Source: a virus (taxonomy: Duplodnaviria; Caudoviricetes). Taken from it: DNA of 64,000 nt. The notes under the pieces were generated by a model. It did not search any database and was not told the DNA's origin. It saw only the letters and a program-made list of their open reading frames with translations. The translations under genes and the position numbers were made by a program. Of the stretch, positions 59,733 through 64,000 are shown in pieces (positions within the stretch are counted from its first letter, which is position 1; each line of letters opens with the position of its first letter). The stretch lies in IMG/VR virus record IMGVR_UViG_3300031867_000038, positions 1 through 64,000 of that record. The stretch is one strand, 5' to 3'.

Positions 59733-59990
59733 TTACATCCAAACTTTCTGAATATTATACATTTCTTTATTCCATCTTAATACTCTATCCCAAGTTTGCT
59801 GTGCATAAATATGACAATCTAAAGTAGGATTTATAACATCAATCCAATGCGCGTCAGCTGCTTCCTGCATTTCAGATCTAAAATCTTCCATAAAAATATC
59901 TAGGAGTTGTTCTTCGAGCGGCCGCCGCGTTTTTGCGACAGCTACTACTTCACCATTTTCAACATCGACAAGGCAATAAATTTTTTTCAT
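59733..59990 (-). CDS. Hypothetical protein
   Basis: 85 aa, ATGA-coupled. Confidence 0.55.
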   Translation of the reverse strand: MKKIYCLVDVENGEVVAVAKTRRPLEEQLLDIFMEDFRSEMQEAADAHWIDVINPTLDCHIYAQQTWDRVLRWNKEMYNIQKVWM

Positions 59991-60550
59991 AGTTTATATC
60001 CTCTCTTTCTTGCTCTTTTAGTAGCATCATCAATCGTCGTTCTATGAATACTTTCACATTCTTTTAATCTACCAGATTTTACAAATTGGTTAAAGTTAAT
60101 AGGAGTATATCCCATTACATCTGCGCATACGCATAAATGCCCTTTACGATCTACGGTAATGTTATGAGTATGTCCATGAATGTTAAACATCCAGTCTATA
60201 TCCAGAGGCTCATGCGAAAGAATAATGCGAGGGGAAATAATTAAAGGCCCCGTATATACTTCATCAAAAATTTCTTCATATGCAGATGCGCCTACATCAT
60301 GGTTGCCGCATATAAGAATTTTATAACCTTTTAATTTTCTGGCCCACTCGCAGTCTCCTACATCACCAAGATGAATTAGCGTTCCAGTTTTACCAACCTT
60401 TTGGTTAATTTGTTTTACTAGTTCATCGGGATCAGGGCGTTTGGGAAAAGCTTTGCGTAAACCATCTTCATTGAAATGTGTGTCAGATATGAGCCACACA
60501 CCATTTTTCTCAGTCCAATGCTGAAAAGGTTTATATAATCCTTCAATCAT
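59987..60550 (-). CDS. Calcineurin-like metallophosphoesterase
   Basis: SDTHF, LGDVG, GNHD, SHEP, HGHTH. Confidence 0.88.
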   Translation of the reverse strand: MIEGLYKPFQHWTEKNGVWLISDTHFNEDGLRKAFPKRPDPDELVKQINQKVGKTGTLIHLGDVGDCEWARKLKGYKILICGNHDVGASAYEEIFDEVYTGPLIISPRIILSHEPLDIDWMFNIHGHTHNITVDRKGHLCVCADVMGYTPINFNQFVKSGRLKECESIHRTTIDDATKRARKRGYKL

Positions 60551-60551
60551 A

Positions 60552-60779
60552 TCAAAACATCTCCGTTAAGTTACTTTTAATTAATTCAATATCTTGTATA
60601 GGTACTATAATTTTATTACCATTTAAGAGAGTTAGATTTATTCGATTAGGATAAATAAAGCTATCAATTATTCCATGTTTATTAATAGCTTCTGCGGCAA
60701 CTGGATCATTATGTTCAATATCACCTTTAATTAAAACCAAGTCTCCAATTTTAAAATCATTCAACATATGTAACCTCAA
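60552..60779 (-). CDS. Small beta-barrel (KOW/SH3-like) protein
   Basis: FKIGDLVLIK...GII....I.L...I..I pattern. Confidence 0.4.
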   Translation of the reverse strand: MRLHMLNDFKIGDLVLIKGDIEHNDPVAAEAINKHGIIDSFIYPNRINLTLLNGNKIIVPIQDIELIKSNLTEMF

Positions 60780-61449
60780 ATGTATTTAAATTTAAAAGAG
60801 CTGCACGATGACTAACCACACTACAAAGATCAATATCTATTTTATGTCCATTACAATATGTAATAATTTCAGGTGGATTTTTTCTACGGATGCCGAGATA
60901 CTCTGCCAAATATTGTACAGGAGTATGTCCATGAATAATAATTTGAGATGATGCGTTAGGAAGACATTCAGGCCAACTATCATAAAAATGGTATCTATCC
61001 CATAAAAGATCAGAAAGTTCTTCACATCCAAAAGTAAATCCAGCGTGGGTTAAATGGATAATTTGTCCTTTATTATTTGTAACAATTTGTTTGATTGGCA
61101 AATGATCACACCAAGTTTTAAAACTATAAATTTCACTATCAGACTTAGTTTCATCCATTAATGTAAACCAAGTTTCATTGCCGCCATTAATGCACCAATT
61201 AAATACATCAGAGCTATCATGGCCTAGAAGCATGTCAGGAATCGCGGCAGCCGCCATGGCTTCATGATTACCTTTTAAAACTATTAAATTAGATATTTCC
61301 TGTTGTTCTTTACAGATTTTATAACTGCCAGGCCCACGATCAATGTTATCTCCAAGACAATAAAAAGTGTCTTGAGGGGTGATTTTATTTTTGATTTTTT
61401 CCCATAGATCATATTGTCCATGGAGATCAGAAAACACATAAAGCCCCAT
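60757..61449 (-). CDS. PPP-family Ser/Thr protein phosphatase-like
   Basis: SDLHG, GDNIDRG, GNHE, HAG, WDR, HGHTP, IDL. Confidence 0.9.
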   Translation of the reverse strand: MGLYVFSDLHGQYDLWEKIKNKITPQDTFYCLGDNIDRGPGSYKICKEQQEISNLIVLKGNHEAMAAAAIPDMLLGHDSSDVFNWCINGGNETWFTLMDETKSDSEIYSFKTWCDHLPIKQIVTNNKGQIIHLTHAGFTFGCEELSDLLWDRYHFYDSWPECLPNASSQIIIHGHTPVQYLAEYLGIRRKNPPEIITYCNGHKIDIDLCSVVSHRAALLNLNTFEVTYVE

Positions 61450-61479
61450 AAGATTCCTTCTTTCTCATTTTCTTTATAT

Positions 61480-61508
61480 ATTATAATATATTTTTTATAA
61501 TTTGACAA
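61480..61508 (-). promoter_or_regulatory. sigmaA-type promoter
   Basis: TTGTCA-N17-TATAAT. Confidence 0.65.
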
Positions 61509-61592
61509 GTATCGAAATATTGGTCAGATATTAATAAGAGAGAATTAAATTTTTTTATATTTATTATAAAAATAAATACAAGGAGTGATTAG

Positions 61593-61787
61593 ATGTTATC
61601 TTTAAGAGGCGATTACAATAATAGATACTGGATTGGTTTATCTACTGATGAACCAAAGCCTTCTCTTACATCAGAAGATCCTTATTTACGTGCTGTTATT
61701 AATGGGATGCCATTATATGAAATGGATTCTGAAAAAATATATTTATTTGATGAAGCCAATAACCAATGGCGATTACAGTCAGAGTGA
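61593..61787 (+). CDS. Small tail-module protein
   Basis: 64 aa, AAGGAG RBS; GLSTD.KP..NG..LYEMD..K.Y.FD. Confidence 0.6.
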   Translation: MLSLRGDYNNRYWIGLSTDEPKPSLTSEDPYLRAVINGMPLYEMDSEKIYLFDEANNQWRLQSE

Positions 61788-61798
61788 GGTAGCTTTTT

Positions 61799-63724
61799 AT
61801 GGATTTAATAGATATATTATTAAGTAGAAAGCTTAATAAAGGTTCTGGATCTGGTGGAACAACTAATTATTTACAGTTAACTAATAAACCTAAAATTAAT
61901 AATGTTGAACTTAGCGGAAACAAAACCGCTCAGGATCTTGGCTTGGCGGCTCAATCAGATATTCCAACTGTTCCTGTCCAATCTGTCAATGGTAAAACTG
62001 GCGCGGTTAATCTGGATTCCGGTGACATTGAATTTGACTCTACACAGACATATCAGAGCGGTACTGTCGGTGCAGAGCTGACTGACTTAACTCGCCAAAT
62101 AAGCGACAAAGACGTTTCCAACTGCGCCCCTATCATCATCAACACGGCAAGCGGTGCAATCGCATCCTTTGACGATGGTGCGGACAACCGGCCCATTCGC
62201 AAGCTGGTAGCTCAGATCGAGCCGGTGCAGGATTTGCATGGGCAGGATAGCCCTTATCCGGCTGGTTGTGGGAAGAATAAACTGAAAACGGGTGGATTGA
62301 TTCAAGGCGCACCAAGTGATACAACGTTTGGTAATGCTACCAAGCGCACGTTTACACTAGGGACGTTTGTGACCGATCTTACACCAAACAATTACTATCA
62401 GCCTAACCGTGTAACACAAGTTTCGGTTGCTGAGAATGCCATATCCGTTACGACAGATGCGGCGGCCTATGCGCTTGCGTTACCGATGACCGGGTTAACT
62501 GTGGGTGCTGTGTATGTTGTTTCTGCGGTAAAAACAAACGGTGTTATTACAGTTTCGTTTTACAAAGAGGATGGCACATTTATATCTAATACAGTGGAAA
62601 ATCCGGCCAACTTTACTGTCCCGGCAGAAACCTATTATACCTTAATCCACTTTAACCCGACAGGTGGTGGTACGCAAGCAACATACACCGATATCCAGCT
62701 TGAACTTGGCTCGTCAGCCACGTCCTTCGCTCCGTATGAGAACCTCTGCCCGATCAGCGGTCACACGGGGGCGGAGATTACGCAGAGAGGTAAGAATTTG
62801 CTACCAGACGACTATTCTGTCTACGATAGCATCAGCAGTGGCAACTATCTTGTATTAAACGATGTTGTACCTCCTGGCGAATTAGCAAGATTTACATTTA
62901 TTGATAAAGATACGAGTGTTGTCATACCTTCGGATGTGAATTTCGGCTTTGTAGCTGAAGATCTAGTACAAGGCTCATCGCCAATTAATTTTAACTGGGC
63001 CATATATAGAGGACAACCCAATAATGAAAGCAGAATGCTAAACAATGGTGCAGGTATTTCGTCAGGTATATATGCACGCAATGTTTTCATGTATCCAAAA
63101 ACAAAGGAAACATTTGACACAATCTTCTCACGTTATTATGTGATGGTAGAACTTGGCGATATAAAAACGGACTTTGAACCTTACACCGGCAACCAAATCT
63201 CCGTCACGTTCCCTGAGACGATCTATGGCGGCGAGGATGAGGTAATCAGCGGGAAGCTGAAAGTTGATATTTTTAACGGTGTAATTGACAATTTTATTGG
63301 TGATGGGTATGCATACAATCAAACTGATGATTTTTACTATGGATATTTGCCCGATGCGTTCCCAACCCCAGCTAAGAGCGGTGGCATTTTTGACTTTTTA
63401 AGGTCATCCAATCCACGCATTAATAATCACGACTGCGCATATATATTCCCATCCAGAATTATCCGCATAAATATCTCACAGCTTGAAAGAACAGCAGAAG
63501 CATATAGAGCTTATTTAGCGCAACATCCGCTTCAGGTTGTATATAGCATAGCGCCTATTGAGTATCAGCTTACGCCTCAAGAAATCGACACGCTGCTCGG
63601 CACAAACAACATCTGGTCATCTACCGGCGACACCACGGTTGAATATTCAGCTGATACCAAGCTCTATATCGATGGCAAACTTGCAGAGCTTCAGGCAACC
63701 ATTCTTGAAAACATAGGAGGATAA
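61799..63724 (+). CDS. Second tail fibre / receptor-binding-like protein (mosaic)
   Basis: 641 aa; SVNGKTGAV tail-fibre motif; repeated GKN(K/L)L...ELG....F(A/E)PY modules; GC about 45-50% after about 61950. Confidence 0.65.
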   Translation: MDLIDILLSRKLNKGSGSGGTTNYLQLTNKPKINNVELSGNKTAQDLGLAAQSDIPTVPVQSVNGKTGAVNLDSGDIEFDSTQTYQSGTVGAELTDLTRQISDKDVSNCAPIIINTASGAIASFDDGADNRPIRKLVAQIEPVQDLHGQDSPYPAGCGKNKLKTGGLIQGAPSDTTFGNATKRTFTLGTFVTDLTPNNYYQPNRVTQVSVAENAISVTTDAAAYALALPMTGLTVGAVYVVSAVKTNGVITVSFYKEDGTFISNTVENPANFTVPAETYYTLIHFNPTGGGTQATYTDIQLELGSSATSFAPYENLCPISGHTGAEITQRGKNLLPDDYSVYDSISSGNYLVLNDVVPPGELARFTFIDKDTSVVIPSDVNFGFVAEDLVQGSSPINFNWAIYRGQPNNESRMLNNGAGISSGIYARNVFMYPKTKETFDTIFSRYYVMVELGDIKTDFEPYTGNQISVTFPETIYGGEDEVISGKLKVDIFNGVIDNFIGDGYAYNQTDDFYYGYLPDAFPTPAKSGGIFDFLRSSNPRINNHDCAYIFPSRIIRINISQLERTAEAYRAYLAQHPLQVVYSIAPIEYQLTPQEIDTLLGTNNIWSSTGDTTVEYSADTKLYIDGKLAELQATILENIGG

Positions 63725-63728
63725 AACC

Positions 63729-63935
63729 ATGACCAAACGCGAAATCAGAGTAATCAATGCATTTCTCAACTGCATCCGTCACGGTGAGTACACCGAAGAC
63801 TACGCAATCACGCTTATTGAGGATAACCAGCGCTACGGCTGGCTGTCGGAAGCGGCAAAGGACTATTTCTACGAAGAGCTGGACAAGCTCCATCCAGAAC
63901 CCGAACCGGAGCCTGAATCCGATGAATCTGTCTGA
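63729..63935 (+). CDS. Small acidic tail accessory protein (XkdX-like position)
   Basis: 68 aa, AGGAGG RBS, ends HPEPEPEPESDESV. Confidence 0.55.
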   Translation: MTKREIRVINAFLNCIRHGEYTEDYAITLIEDNQRYGWLSEAAKDYFYEELDKLHPEPEPEPESDESV

Positions 63936-64000
63936 GTTTGTGATTCCGCGCAAGTGCGAGATACCAGACGGCGAGTGCGTGGCGACAGATAATTAGAAAT

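Noticed and set aside
471-63953. Other short opposite-strand or alternate-frame ORFs in the track (e.g. 471-878, 8157-8372, 27640-27963, 35532-36107, 43794-44231, 48899-49198, 62087-62324, 63621-63953)
   Set aside because: Fully overlap well-supported genes, lack RBSs and read as codon-shadow sequence
1-64000. tRNA, rRNA or CRISPR arrays
   Set aside because: No cloverleaf with T-loop GTTCRA, rRNA-like stretch or regularly spaced direct repeats found by eye; a tRNAscan run would be needed to exclude a divergent tRNA

Overview
A 64-kb segment of a large, AT-rich (about 30% GC by eye) lytic-type dsDNA tailed phage. The host is most likely an anaerobic Firmicute (Clostridia-like), inferred from sigmaA-type TTGACA-N17-TATAAT promoters, AAGGAG RBSs, class III RNR, a Cpl-7/SH3 endolysin and a BMP lipoprotein. 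Layout: a + strand tail/virion module (1-14.5 kb), a long - strand block of replication, recombination, nucleotide-metabolism, lysis and RNA-repair genes (14.6-61.4 kb), and a second + strand tail-like module (61.6-64 kb). Three genes that look broken in the ORF track are split by four group I introns carrying homing endonucleases, each inserted in a catalytic motif: gyrB (two introns; EG|DSA and DA|DVDG), recJ (G|HQGAFG) and an AAA_24-type ATPase (inside Walker A). The strongest unexplained signal is a GC-only 8-mer, GCGSSCGC (12 exact GCGGCCGC plus 7 GCGCCCGC/GCGGGCGC, against under 0.1 expected by base composition). All 19 copies lie inside genes and span all three reading frames, which suggests a HIP1-like DNA-level motif. 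Other points: hairpins hiding the RBS of intron endonucleases, terminators whose stems contain the next promoter's -35 box, a tyrosine-recombinase remnant next to a mosaic tail fibre, a split Pnkp/Rnl2 RNA-repair cluster, and nucleobase-scavenging genes. No tRNA, rRNA, CRISPR array or reverse transcriptase was seen. All family assignments come from motif recognition, not database searches.
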